Assembly (NCBI GenBank): GCA_002633005.1 | Contig: NMRA01000461.1 | Location: 232,864 to 296,863 of the forward strand | Length of the DNA stretch: 64,000 bases | Direction of reading: 5' to 3' | Origin: Phoronis australis | Lineage: Eukaryota; Animalia; Phoronida | Part shown: positions 53,101 to 64,000 of the stretch, one piece after another | Numbering within the stretch: the first letter of the stretch is position 1 | Layout of the letters: each line of letters opens with the position of its first letter | Program-made: the position numbers and the translations under genes | Notes under the pieces: model-generated | What the model was told of the DNA's origin: nothing | The model's database searches: none | The model's input: the letters and a program-made list of their open reading frames with translations, nothing else

Positions 53101-56100
53101 GCTGAATTAAAATGTATAGTTTGAAGATATTTGGCTAAACAAACCCAATATTTGGTAAGAGACGTCAAAACCCTACTTATAATTTAGTCACTTTTAAAGA
53201 GGGAGGCAACCCTTTTTATATCATTTTTAGTAAAAATGACGTTCTTTGCTTATCCAAGATATGTGTTTCAGTTTATTACGGCTAACCGTAATATTTATTA
53301 TGAGTCGTGCACAGCTCCGGAAGCGATCCCAGCTGTTTTGTTTTGAGTGCGCTCGAGTTTGCTGTGAGGATCGGTTGTGCTGTTGTTTTTGTAATGGTTT
53401 CCTAAAATTTTGGTCACCACTTCCCAATATGGATTGTTAGAGAACACAAGTTTGCTGGAGTTAGGAACATTTTAGTTTGTACTAACCTAAAAATGACTTG
53501 AGACGGCGACCCATGTCACAAAACACAGCGACGAGAGTGACGGAAGTATTGCTCATAGCAGTGGTAACAAGGACGTTTTCTCGAACAGTCAGTGGGTGGA
53601 TATTAGTCTGGATCCCTGTATACACGTGAGGCAGAAAGCGCGAAGGCAGCTGTTGAAAGGGATGAATCAGTGCCTGAGGACAAATATGCTGCGACGGTTT
53701 TGTGCAAATTCACTGAGCGCAATGTTATGTCGACCTCAATTTAATGCCCAGTTGGTTCCACTGGACGGTGACCCGAGCACTTAGACACCTTACAGGTTTA
53801 TCCCGCCGTCTGTCCCACGCCAGACAACTGGTAACTCCTAAAAACCTTCAACGGTTTAGTTAATAAGTTCACATTGCCCTTATTAAATTCCACCGCTTCA
53901 TGTCTGCTTACATGCTCTGGGGTGGAGAAAACACCAGCACAGGGCAACTTCCTGATAGTTCCCTGCTTTACAGGTTGTGTGGAAGGTTAGGAGGCACGGG
54001 TGACATTTAATAAAGCCCCACAACTCACTGATGAGGAAACAGCTCTCGGGGCTTCTCGAGTCAAAAATGCATTTCTCGAGGGCGGCAAATTGCACTGCCG
54101 GAAATCAACACCGCCAACATTGCACCTATGTTTTTCCGGACCCATACTCACTTCTGCGTTCATATTTCTTTTGTAATCCAAAGGAAGAAAATGGTTACCA
54201 AGCAATCGGTAACTCTACTGCTTTGTACGCTGCGGGGACGGTAACGTCGGAGAGTGCCATCTTTCGGAAAGCGGTTTGATGACATACCCAAAGTGCGCAT
54301 GAGACGGCAATGAGCACACCCTTGACACGCAGCAACCGTGCCGCATGTTTACTCACTCGTGAACGAACGGAAATGAATACCGAACGTAAAACCGAGGTAA
54401 AACTGCATGTATGACTAACTCGACAGCTTACACAGTCAGACTATATCAAAGGAAAATGGCGGGAACATTTTATCCCCTTAAACGTCACTTCGGTAGTAAG
54501 ACACGCCTAATTAATGAAGTAACGGGTAGCTGTTTATTAACTGAAAATACATGTATGTCTGAACCGTATTTGTACTAGAGATGACAGGGTAAAAGTTTCA
54601 TTCTCTTTAAGATCTGGGGTGTGACGCAGTCTTAACGAGATGGGGACGCATACCGAGTCACCTCTATCTAAAGTAGTTGACGGCACTTAAAAATCAAATA
54701 TCCTAGAAAGTGAAGAGTGCATCAATTTAAATGAGCAAGTATAATGTATAAGCAAACTACTTCAGACTCAGGGACGAAGCTGAAACAGCATGTCGATGAG
54801 TCCCTGACCCGTGCTTATGGCATGCTTTATGGGAGTGAACCGTGTTTGGCGGTCTGTTATCCGTGTTTCCTCGTGAACGTGAGTCGGTGTCTCGTGTATT
54901 TGGGTGAATGGGTCGCGCATTGTGTGTGAGATCCCTTGTTTGTGAGTCAGTGAACGGTGTTTGCAGGAACGTGAATCATGTTCATGCGTCCGTGACCGTT
55001 TTTATGGGTCCGTCATCCGTATAGTTCATGTCCCTTGGTCTCGGAACTGCAGCGATTCCATTTTAAATACTCAACGCACGCACAGGCATACATGTACAAT
55101 ACCTATGGTTCAAACTAATTGAGGATTCATGGGCATGGTTTTTCATTCTCGACCCTGCCGCTCTTACTTGCAGTTCAACAAACACTCTACTTCGTCATGG
55201 TGACAACTAATCTCATTCATAAATCTTTGTGTTTATTAAAGGGTCCCACACCAGTTGCATGGACAGGCCCTGAAGCCGCATACAACGGGAACTTTTACAT
55301 CTACGCACATGCTGGTGGCGTAATCCGTGGCGCTAAGACAAAACTATATTTGAGACGTATAAATTCGAACGGTGAGTACCGATGCGAGGTAACGATAATG
55401 CGAAACTACAAAAGCACCAATTTCTTGTTGTTTTAATAGTCACCGGTAACTTTATAATTAAAGTACTGTACCCGCAAGTGCTCTGCCGAAGTGGGGGGGA
55501 GGGGGGCAGTTACAGCTCATGACATGTTTGCTTTGTCGTAGTTACTGATGATCTCTTTGTGACACGTCTTTATCTTTAAGTTACTCTTTCCTGATGCACT
55601 CACCGATTTAAAATAATGGGTTTGTTCACTCGAAACATAGTCACCAAAACATGAACATTTCGTTACGCAGGGTCCAGTTTGCGTTTGCTTTATTTCTGTA
55701 TTTTTTATATGTGTGGGGTTATTGCGGGAATCTCCTCAGTCGTGTCGGTCATCAAGGCGGCTACCCACAAAAAATAAGTGATTGGAGTTGTGCTGAAAAA
55801 GAGCATTAAAGGAGCATGCCACCCAAAAAACAACCTACTTTGTATCAATTTAGTTCGAGTAGTTCTACTCCATAACGACCCGTACGGTTGCGTTAATTGA
55901 CACTTGACGGCAGACGGAGGTTTTGAAATTATCCAATGACGTCATCGGTTTCACACGCAGTCTGTTCAGCAGTTCACAACACGGGTTACTGGTGTCAGGT
56001 TATCGCTTGAAGTCATCTTTTAACACGAGTAAATTATCAAACTTCGATGTAAAATCCTTAAAAATACACCGAGTTCTTATAAAAAACGTGTTGTTTTATT

Positions 56101-59100
56101 TTGCTCTTACGGATTTATTGGTATTTAGACACACCGTAGCCTACAAAGTTCGGCAAGCCAATAAGGTCCGAAGCAGGAGTTTGGGGTCTGTTCGGAGATA
56201 ATTTCGCGGCGTGACAATAACGGACTCTGCGCGTGCGTATTACTGGAATTATTATGGGAAGTTACTGACAGCAACCCGTTTACCAATATAAAAAGGAATT
56301 CTTTAAAATTGTAGGAGAAATTACATATTAATTTTTTGATGACCTTTCCACTAATTGACCTCTTCCGGTGCATTATGAGCCCCGATGAGGGAGTAATTGT
56401 TAACTCGATTAAAAGTGTGGTTAATGCTAATAATCACAGATGGTTTACTTCAAGCACTTCATAATACAATATGAATGAAGTGGTCAAACTTTCAGAAGAA
56501 AAATGCACCTAATGACCCCATGGGTGCACCAAATGACCTGAAAGTTTAGAATTCATACTCAATCGCACTTAGTAAACAGATAAGTAATTCTGAAGTCTAT
56601 AGCTCAAAATTTTAGTTTGCACTCAATGGCCTTTGACCTATTTTTCTGATTGGTTAGGCCTATTGCGAAGTAAAGGAGGGCATTCAATTGGCATGTTGAC
56701 TTACACCAGTGTTCTGAAATTGAAAAGAATTCCTTGAAAAACGTAAGAGATATTACATTTTGAACGTTACATGACCTTTGCACTAATTGACCTTATCCGG
56801 TGCATTTTAAGCATCTTGAGGAGCATTATTGCAAAGCCCATGGAAAATGTGTTTAACGCTGAGAATCACAGTTGTCTAACGGTTGACACTTCAGAATACT
56901 TGCTGATTGAAAAGGTCCAATTTTCAGAAGAAAAAAGCACCTAATGACCCCATGTTTGCACTAAATGACCTGAAACTTTAGATTCCGATTTGATTTACCT
57001 GTGGCAATCAGACCTGTCAATTTGAAGTGTCTAGCTCAAAATTTTAGTTTGCACCTAATCACCTTTCACCTATTTCACCTGATTGGATGACCCGATAACT
57101 TAGAAAAAGTAATTTTTTAAATTGTCATGTTGACTTATACCTGTGCACCGAATTTGAAAAAGATAGCTTTAAAACTGAAGGAGGAGTAGCATTTTGAAAA
57201 TTATATGACCTTTGCACCAAACGACCTCTTCCGGTGCAAAATGAAATATGATTACATAACCAATCAACATTTAAATACTGTCAAAAGTCATTTGCTGAAT
57301 TTAAAGACCGTACCTGCACCCAATTTGAAGTTATTAAGCCTCAAAGTTGGTCGAAGAAGAATAAGAAGAATAAGAATAAAATTGAAGAAAACCCAGGAAC
57401 AACACTACTCTGTGCTTATTCGCGCAGAGTAATAACGAATAACGAAGGAAAACCCCGTTTCCCGTTTCGCTTACTTCATGGAAATGATCTCAGTGTAGTG
57501 AACCAGTGCTTTAAGTCAAAGAATGCTTTAGACTACTAACTGTTTTAAAATTGTTCTCTTGTTTAACTTTCGTCAAAATGGGCGTCTTTTATGGGCGTGG
57601 AAATACCTGACAATTTGTGATCACCTTCAATCAAACCAGGCGAACTCAGAATTTATGAAATTGGATTGAACCTCAGAAATAACAAATGATTATGGAGAAC
57701 AAGGCAATGCGAGTTTGTGAGATAGGCGACTTAAATCGAAACTCTCTTTTGCAAAAAGCAAGGGTTAATTTAATACCGCTTTAGTAAAAATCGAACTTTC
57801 TTAAACCGGAAACATGGCGAAATGATCATGGAATGTGTAGGTTTCTGGGAAGCCAGAAGTGGGTACTAAACCATCAAAACAAAGTTGCAGTCAATTTTTT
57901 CACATCACAACGTTTGAGATTTTTATAATTGTTTGGTTTGTTTTTCAAAAACTCGGTTAACGGTTCGAGTACCTTTTCGTAATTAGCGAACTATGTTTAA
58001 TTGACTAGTCGCAAGATCCCCCCGCTTGCGTAATGTCTACCAACAAATTATACGTTTTACCGGACAACGTGTTGTTTGTCGGATAAAATGGCGGCTTGAA
58101 AACAAAGGTTTGTCAAGGATGATGCGTTCTGATTGGTCAGTTAAGCCGTCACTCAAAGTCCTGGTAATAGGTCAATTGTCCAAACACCTTCAAATAAGCA
58201 ATGCCTTCCTTGAATTAGAGCCAAAACATAATAGTCACGTAGGTAAAACTTGGTAATTACTCTCAACAAAGTTTCGATGAGTTGTCCTAACATACATCAC
58301 ATAAGAGAACCGTGTAAAACTGTCACAGAGGAAAAATGAGTGTCAAAAATCGCTGGTTTGGTATCTGAAAGCCCCAAAATAGCGAATGCAAATCACTATT
58401 TATGTTTTGATTGGTGACCAGTCACATTGACTTGGCTTATGATAATGAGGTAGATCAGTAGGACGTGGTTGTCATTAGGGAATCATGGCTACCGTTCGTA
58501 AATGTATCTGCTGTGCAGGGTTGCATGAAAAGTCCCACTCACTTACTTCCTCTAAATCTTTTTCCTATTTTGTTTCAGTCCTTAGGCACAGTTGTACTAT
58601 TTTGTGTATAATTTTGCCTTTATTGTGAGCTCTTCTTTGAACAATGACACTTTCTAAAATAAAATCATTTTAACTCGACAGTACATACAACAAGTTCATC
58701 ACGCGGACACACTGAATAATAATTTCTTGAAAGGTTATTCGGTGAGACATCTCAGTGATGTTCCGTCTCTTACTAACAACAATTTTAAAATATGGCCCAT
58801 AGATAGTATATAGGGCGTTCAAAGTTTTAAAAATTCTCATTTCTGGAGGATGGCGGCGGTGTTCAGAAAACCTTTTTGAGCACACAGAAAAAAATGGTCA
58901 TTTACGAGGGCATCTGCGAGTATTCATGATTTGTGAGAGCTTGACCAATGTCCTCTACAGTGTTTAGAAATGGGTAATGTGTGATATGATTGCTGGTATC
59001 ACCTGAAATGTCTTTTGCATGATTATATATCTCAAAAAGTTAACTACTCCTTGATGCATTTATATGCATGCATATATGTAATTTATGTCTTCCAATTTGT

Positions 59101-62100
59101 TACTTATAGTGTGAAAGGAAATCCGAAATTTCACTACTGTAAGACGATGGAGATTTCTGATTTGTTCTTCACTATTTCAAAGAAAACCTATTACAAAAAA
59201 CAGTTTAGACGATGTAATAAATTGTACCAAGTGTTGTCAGTTAAGTAAATATGCCATCGCTGGTGCGTGAACTTCCTTGTTCAGGCAATGCATGGCTCAT
59301 GCAAAACTCGATTCTCTTTCACCTCAATACACTCTACACAACTACCAAAAAAAACTACTTTTTACGCTCTGAAAATTGGTTGGATGACTCCGTTGTGTAG
59401 TGGTTAAGGTGCTGGACTCAAATGTCTATAGTTTCAGAAGTCGTGGGTTCAAATCTTTCCTCTGACAGTACATTGTATATATTCAAAAAATCACACCATG
59501 ATTTTACCCGGCAATTCGTTGTTGAATGCCGCGTTCTGTTTGATCAGTTAAAGCCGAAGCCAACCTTTTTCATGTCATTTTTAGCAAAAATAAGGTTCTT
59601 TGATTATCCCTGACACATTTTTCAGTTATTTACTGCTTTTCGTAATTTAATTAATTACTCGTCGTGTACTCCGAAAGTGACGTTTTGGGAGGCAAGAATT
59701 TCGCGCCAATTTCGTTTCATATAGTCTGACTGTCAGAGCAGTCGAGTCAGTCATTGTTCTACCTCGGTTGTGATAAGTTCGGTCGTCGTTTGCTTTTGCT
59801 TACGAGTCAGTCAACATCCCACGCTGTTGCTGCGTACTGGGGTGTACACATTCTCGTCTCACGTTCAGAGGAAGAACTGTCCCACTTGCCCGAGTGTCCC
59901 GCCACACACTCCCACCGAAGGGTGATCTGAGCACCTAAAGTGCTTGCATGCCGCCGTGTGGCTCCCTCGCCACACACCTGACACCTTCCATATAGCTCCA
60001 ATACAAGTCCACAATAAACTTATCAAACTTAGGCTAACCGATCTGTTCATTGGATGACGAACTGTCCTCTTCACTGGGTGTCGAACTGGGCCTTTATTCA
60101 CTCCCACTTCTCAAAATCGCTGCAGGGCTGCTTACCGGCTCTGGGCTAGAGACAACAGCACAGGGCGAATCACTGCTAGTTCCCGGATTTGCGAGCGTTG
60201 TGTTACGTTCGGAGGCACGGGTGATAGTAGATGAAGTGCCTCAAGTCACTTTATATAGTTGCCACAGCTCGCGAGGCTTCTCAATTCAAAAACGCACTTC
60301 TCGAGGTTGGCGACGGGGCACTGCCTGGAATCAACAGCGACGGTATGGTACCCTTCTTCAGGCGTTGTTTCGCAGGGACCTTCATCAAATCAGCATACAT
60401 ATATGTCATAATCTGACGGCAGAAAATGCTTGCCACACACTCGGTAACACTCCACTGCTTTTTACGTTGCGTGGATGGGTAGCGCTGCGTTCTTCGCTTG
60501 AACGAGCTAGCCAAGTACGGCGAAGTGTGCCATCCTTCGGCAGGCGACGCAAGGTACCCAAAGCGCGTGTGAGACGATAATGAGCACATCTCGGCACGCA
60601 GCAACAGCGTTGCATGTTGACTGACTTGTAAACAAAAACAAACGACCACCGAATTTATCACAACCGAGGTAGAACAATGACTGACTCGACAACTCTCACA
60701 GTCAGACTATAATGAAAAGAAATTGGCCCGAAACTCTTTCTTCCCAAAACGTCACTTCCGGAGTAGAGGACGAGAAATTAATCAAATTACGAAAAGCTGT
60801 AATTTAGTGAAAATTGTGTCTGGGATAATCTACAAACCTTATTTTTGCTAAAAGTGACATGAAAAAAGGTTGCTCTCGCCTTTAATCTGTCACTCAAAAT
60901 CCTGGCAATATGTCAATTACAACTACAATTCAAATACACACGGTTTTCAAACTTAGTCTAAAGCGCTTACCCGATATACGCTATATAGGCACTAAGATTA
61001 GCCAGTGGTACTGTTATTTTATTGTTCTGGCTGTATAACTGTTAAAATAATCATCACTGTCCTAGCACTGGCAAAACCATTCTGTCTGACGTTTGCGTAC
61101 AATATGCACGGCTGCCACACGGGGGCACTACGAATACGTCTCGTAGACGTAGAAGGACGCATCAGACAGCCCATCTGGTCTGCCCAAGGAGACAAAGGGT
61201 ACCCATGGAAAAAGGCCAAGATACACGTGGACCGAGCGGACACGAAGCAGGTAGGAATGAATAAATATTTTGCTATCAATATGATGAGCATTTCTATATA
61301 ATATATTTTCTCATATTGCTTGATCACCTAGGCTCAAGTGGGAAAATCAATTAAGTGAACATTGTTTTTTTTGTCCTAAGGAGAATGCCACTAAAACCCC
61401 TACCGAATAGTTCTACTTGATAAGAGCAAGTTCAGTTAATTTAACTGACATCAGATGACAGACGGAGGTGATGAAATCAAACAATGACGTCAGGTGGCTC
61501 CGAATAATTCAAGTCCGTCCGAAAAGGGGAAGACGTCGACACCAGCTAAGATACAGAGTAAAAAAATGTCACTAGGGGGCGGGGCAGTAGTCCATTTGGT
61601 CAAAAACTCGGAGGAATGGGAATAAATCTGTCCAATCTCTTAGTCCTCCTTCAAGAGATTTATGACAAACAGCCGCGGACGCCGGCGCCAGACTCCCGGA
61701 CAGAGATGGCGGCACTAAGCACCCACATGTATATATATATACGCGTATATGTGCGCAAAATTAAATCACAAATATATTCGGTAGCAACCTACCAACAATA
61801 CAGAGAATTGATAATAAAAAACCCGCGAATGTATCAGTTGACACTTCACAACATATTTTAGCAAATCAAGGAGCTAGAACAAGTGTGCTGTTTCGAGGTA
61901 TCTAATACTCGCTACGTGATAAAAAGTCTCGTTTTTCATTCGACTCTATGAAAAATCTGTCAAAATATTTTTTCTCTCCTTTCTTCTTTCTCTTTTCCCT
62001 TGTATACCGCAATTAGCCTCAACAACTGCAGTAGATGTTTCTAGAAAAAAAATTACTGAGAATTAGCCAGTACGACGCCTTTTGGGTCATGTTAGTCCTG

Positions 62101-62561
62101 ACGTTGTTAAACAAAGTTAAGAATAACATTGAAAACCCAGGTTCTCCACGAATATATGTAATAATGCCAGACAGTTCTGAGATGCAAACGCAGTTTTAAC
62201 GGTGGCAAACACCAATACCACACGACCGAAAATCTTTACCACGCATGAAACATTCTTACTTCAAAATCAGAACTCAAACCACAGACAAACCGGTACTCGT
62301 TACAAGGAGGAAACAAGTAGTGTTAAGTTGCCAGCAGAGACTCTGTCTCTCACCTTGGTCACTTACATTGGATATTGTAGCTGCAGCGCTCAAATTGTCA
62401 CAATCTCCAAGTACATTGAACAACATTGTGATGACTATGCGCTAACTATCACTACCTTCTTGTTGCAGGTGGTGTTCGAAGCTGAACGGGGGTGGGGTTA
62501 CAGATCTGATATAGCACTCGACTTGATTCAGATCCATACTGCGTCATCATGCCCTAAATGA
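34956..62561 (+). CDS. Gene 2 (9 coding exons, about 395 aa): secreted signal peptide-acidic pro-like segment-MAM-MAM protein, paralog of gene 1
   Basis: Exons 34956-35108, 39470-39530, 41031-41119, 45605-45731, 49185-49363, 50458-50628, 55242-55371, 61066-61250, 62469-62561 total 1188 nt and splice in frame. The six internal MAM exons have the same lengths as in gene 1; the last exon is one codon longer. The first two exons are less certain. Confidence 0.85.
35215..37712 (+). mobile_element. Left-truncated copy of the CACTG-ended TIR element
   Basis: Colinear with about 41345-43995 including the (TAT/TAC)n tract; right end gttacattttacggcgtatc retained. Confidence 0.7.
37828..38220. mobile_element. 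MITE with internal CGCCGTAAAATTACG repeats
   Basis: TIRs GGGGGAAACTGTCGCCG / CGGCGACATTTCCCCC. Confidence 0.6.
38776..38836. other. 30-bp duplication around an N (probable contig-join artefact)
   Basis: aaaaatcattaatttaatttctgcgtttat on both sides of the N at 38806. Confidence 0.85.
39470..39530 (+). CDS. Gene 2 exon 2 (acidic linker)
   Basis: attgcag|AGGGAC...GCTG|gtgagg; RDTVGDDGEEHDGGKAVRAA. Phase 0 to 1 bridges exon 1 to the MAM exon. Its 3' end and following intron are homologous to gene 1 from 3128 onward. Confidence 0.72.
41031..41119 (+). CDS. Gene 2 exon, MAM1 start
   Basis: ttgcag|AGGACC...CATTCC|gtatgt; EDQISCTFDDGHLCGWKQATDDDFDWTPHS. Confidence 0.92.
41181..43999 (+). mobile_element. 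2.8-kb non-autonomous TIR element (CACTG termini, subterminal GTAAAATGTAAC repeats)
   Basis: CACTGATACGCCGTAAAA ... TTTTACGGTGTAGCAGTG. Absent from the paralogous gene 1 intron. Second copy at 35215-37712. Superfamily unresolved. Confidence 0.7.
45605..45731 (+). CDS. Gene 2 exon, MAM1
   Basis: ttccag|GGCTCC...GCAC|gtaagt; GSTPTKGTGPSGGDQGTPYIYAEVS. Confidence 0.92.
45918..47605 (+). mobile_element. Left-truncated copy of the ISL2EU-like element
   Basis: High similarity to about 30105-31577, ending in the same TIR GTTGCAACTCCGCT|AT; lacks the THAP part. Confidence 0.8.
47140..47289 (+). mobile_element. 150-bp MITE nested in the ISL2EU-like copy
   Basis: Flanked by CAGG (47136-47139 and 47290-47293); single CAGG at empty site 31273-31276. 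Confidence 0.85.
49185..49363 (+). CDS. Gene 2 exon, MAM1
   Basis: tttcag|CTGGTG...TCTAAG|gtagat; GEYSFSFKWHMFGKPLMGKLRL...GNHGDLW. Confidence 0.92.
50458..50628 (+). CDS. Gene 2 exon, MAM1 end / MAM2 start
   Basis: ttacag|CTCGTC...GAAAGT|gtgagt; GDIALDTF...SCDFENDRLCSY. Confidence 0.92.
53198..54606 (-). mobile_element. Kolobok-like family 2, deleted copy
   Basis: TTAA TSD (53194-53197, 54607-54610) and AGAG-type imperfect TIRs. THAP remnant on - (MRHGCCV..RFPKDGTLRR..GNHFLPLDY). Empty site gctTTAAggtctggg at 13950 in gene 1. Confidence 0.8.
55242..55371 (+). CDS. Gene 2 exon, MAM2
   Basis: taaag|GGTCCC...AACG|gtgagt; GPTPVAWTGPEAAYNGNFYIYAHA. Confidence 0.9.
55810..56206 (+). mobile_element. 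Kolobok-like family 1 terminal fragment (copy C)
   Basis: TTAA|AGGAGCATGCCACCC..., closely matching 5812-6207. A more diverged fragment lies at about 61379-61500. Confidence 0.8.
56201..57435 (-). mobile_element. Helentron-associated (HINE/DINE-1-like) element with about 433-bp internal tandem repeats
   Basis: Subterminal IR ACTCTGCGCG (56224) / CGCGCAGAGT (57421) plus adjacent IR ACTCTGTGC, an (AAG/AAT) microsatellite, and repeat units starting 56340, 56772 and 57206. Confidence 0.65.
58010..58170 (+). repeat. Dispersed 150-bp repeat (…GATTGGTCAGTTAAGCCGTCACTCAAAGTCCTGG)
   Basis: Copies at about 49770-49912, 52636-52790, 58010-58170, and one split across 59500-59551 / 60882-60908. Confidence 0.7.
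59386..59465 (+). mobile_element. tRNA(Leu)-like SINE head or tRNA pseudogene
   Basis: A-box-like TGTGTAGTGG, GGTTAAGG, CTCAAAT loop, long variable region, B-box GGTTCAAATC; acceptor stem does not pair. Confidence 0.5.
59552..60881 (-). mobile_element. Kolobok-like family 2 element with about 310-bp inverted ends and THAP/zinc-finger remnant
   Basis: TTAA TSD (59548-59551, 60882-60885) splitting a known repeat. Minus strand reads MQRCCCVPRC..LPKDGTLRRTW..VCGKHF..RLKKGTIPSL, then CQVCG...LRWECVAGHSGKWDSS. Confidence 0.82.
61066..61250 (+). CDS. Gene 2 exon, MAM2
   Basis: cctag|CACTGG...AAGCAG|gtagga; FCLTFAYNMHGCHTGALRI..IWSAQGDKGYPW. Confidence 0.92.
62469..62561 (+). CDS. Gene 2 last coding exon, MAM2 end
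   Basis: ttgcag|GTGGTG...AAATGA; VVFEAERGWGYRSDIALDLIQIHTASSCPK*. Confidence 0.92.
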   Translation: MVFEAERGWGYRSDIALDLIQIHTASSCPK

Positions 62562-62678
62562 TTCGACATGACAAGGATTTGCTCATAACCTAGGTCTCGA
62601 TCGAACTTAATAATTGATATTCACGGATAACTTCACACGCAGTTTAAATTAATATGAACTTGTATCTCAGTTTGAGCT

Positions 62679-62684
62679 AATAAA
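62679..62684 (+). terminator. Candidate polyadenylation signal of gene 2
   Basis: AATAAA in the context gagctAATAAA, conserved with 18446. Confidence 0.5.
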
Positions 62685-64000
62685 ATCCTGCCTTATCAAT
62701 CCATGTCTCCCTTCATGAGAATCTAAACAAACTTGTTTAATGACAAAGGTTATTTTCTGGGTGATGCTGCTATTATAAAGTGCGTGATAGAACCTATAGC
62801 ATTTACAGTCATCAAGATTGTTTGAGTTCAGGGATGGCAAGGCGCATCGAAACTGAACCAAAGTGAACGGAGAATGAAAATCACAGGGCACATGACTTTG
62901 CGTAACAGTGTCAACAAAAGAACGTTTACGAACTCCATACTCCAGTGAGTAGTACACTACTGTTAGGGCCGTCTCATATTACACGGCAGTAAAACTCTCC
63001 TTAGTTCCGGAGTTAAGAAAGCGCGTGACCTCGCAGGGACAATGGGGGCACAAAACATTTCTCACAGGGGTTTGCCTATCAGAACACACGTCAATGGACT
63101 TGTCACCCATTCTGCACTCTGCATGCAAAGATAGAAAACTTTTGAGTTATTTCACATCACAAGCCCTACAGATGAGCATACAAAATTTATCCTCTCTTGC
63201 ATTTTTGACTCTTTCACTCTCTCTGAAAAAAAGCTTAACTAATAAGTACAGGGGCAAAGAGACATGATCGGCACTTTTCACACCAAAACCACCACTTCCT
63301 TGCCGGTGCTCGACTACAATCCATATTAGATTCCGACAGAAAATTCCCTAGCAATTCCAAAAATGTGGTCCAAAAGTACTGTCAACAAACTATTTTTTGG
63401 CAAATCTGGCTTGTTTATGGGCTACCTCAAATGGCAGCCAATTTCTCAGTTGCTATCCAGCTATGTCCAAATCCAATTTGTAATACTATCACTATAGCGG
63501 GTGTTTTGTCACCCGTCATAGTACCTTATCATTATTGGTTTTCGCTGTAACTTAATTTATATCAAACCTCTCGTACTGTATGTCTATTTTCAACGACTGT
63601 TTCGCACTGTTAACACTCTATAAAGATTGCACCAATGATATTATACATTTCGGTTATATCATTAAACTATCAGGTACATAAGGTGAAATTACATGTACTT
63701 TCGAACGTTGCTTCGTAATCATATCCTAACTGGTGTTGTTGTAATAGATAATTCAACGTGTAAATTGTAAGCGAACTTTTTTTTCGGTCAGCTTTTCAAC
63801 TGGCTTTTGTGAACTGCAATTCGGCCACCGGGATTTACCACCAGTAATTTGCCTACAGAATAGAATCATGTACACTTTAGATACGGGCAACGACAGTGGC
63901 GATTTCATTAGATTTCACTTTCCATTCAGGTAATCTTCAGTAACATAAATTTTAGTATAATGAACAATTAATCCTGCGATTGGCCAGCTCGACCACGTTT

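Noticed and set aside
56340-57300. CRISPR-like or other prokaryotic array
   Set aside because: Long diverged tandem units without repeat-spacer structure, eukaryotic context, and no cas genes
59386-59465. Functional tRNA-Leu gene
   Set aside because: Acceptor and T stems do not pair; treated as a SINE head or pseudogene
60050-60580. Longest ORF (176 aa, + strand)
   Set aside because: Antisense shadow of the decayed THAP transposase

Overview
AT-rich, intron-containing animal (probably marine invertebrate) genomic DNA. There are no prokaryotic features and almost all listed ORFs are spurious. The window holds two tandem paralogous + strand genes, both assembled by hand from GT-AG exons with consistent phases. 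Gene 1 (1443-18338) is 5'-incomplete and encodes ...CUB-MAM-MAM. Gene 2 (34956-62561) encodes about 395 aa: signal peptide, acidic pro-like segment, MAM-MAM. Gene 2 appears to have lost the CUB and any upstream domains through a deletion that left a chimeric exon. Introns and the intergenic region are packed with decayed transposons: two Kolobok-like families with THAP and KolX/P2X7-C-terminal-like remnants, ISL2EU-like, hAT, several MITEs, a Helentron-type element and LINE scraps. Several insertions are confirmed by empty sites in paralogous copies. The most unusual signal is about 30 copies of the palindrome TACATGTA; paralog comparisons show several arose as precise TA->TACATGTA (+6 bp) insertions. 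Two N-centred duplications look like assembly artefacts. All alignments and counts were done by eye.
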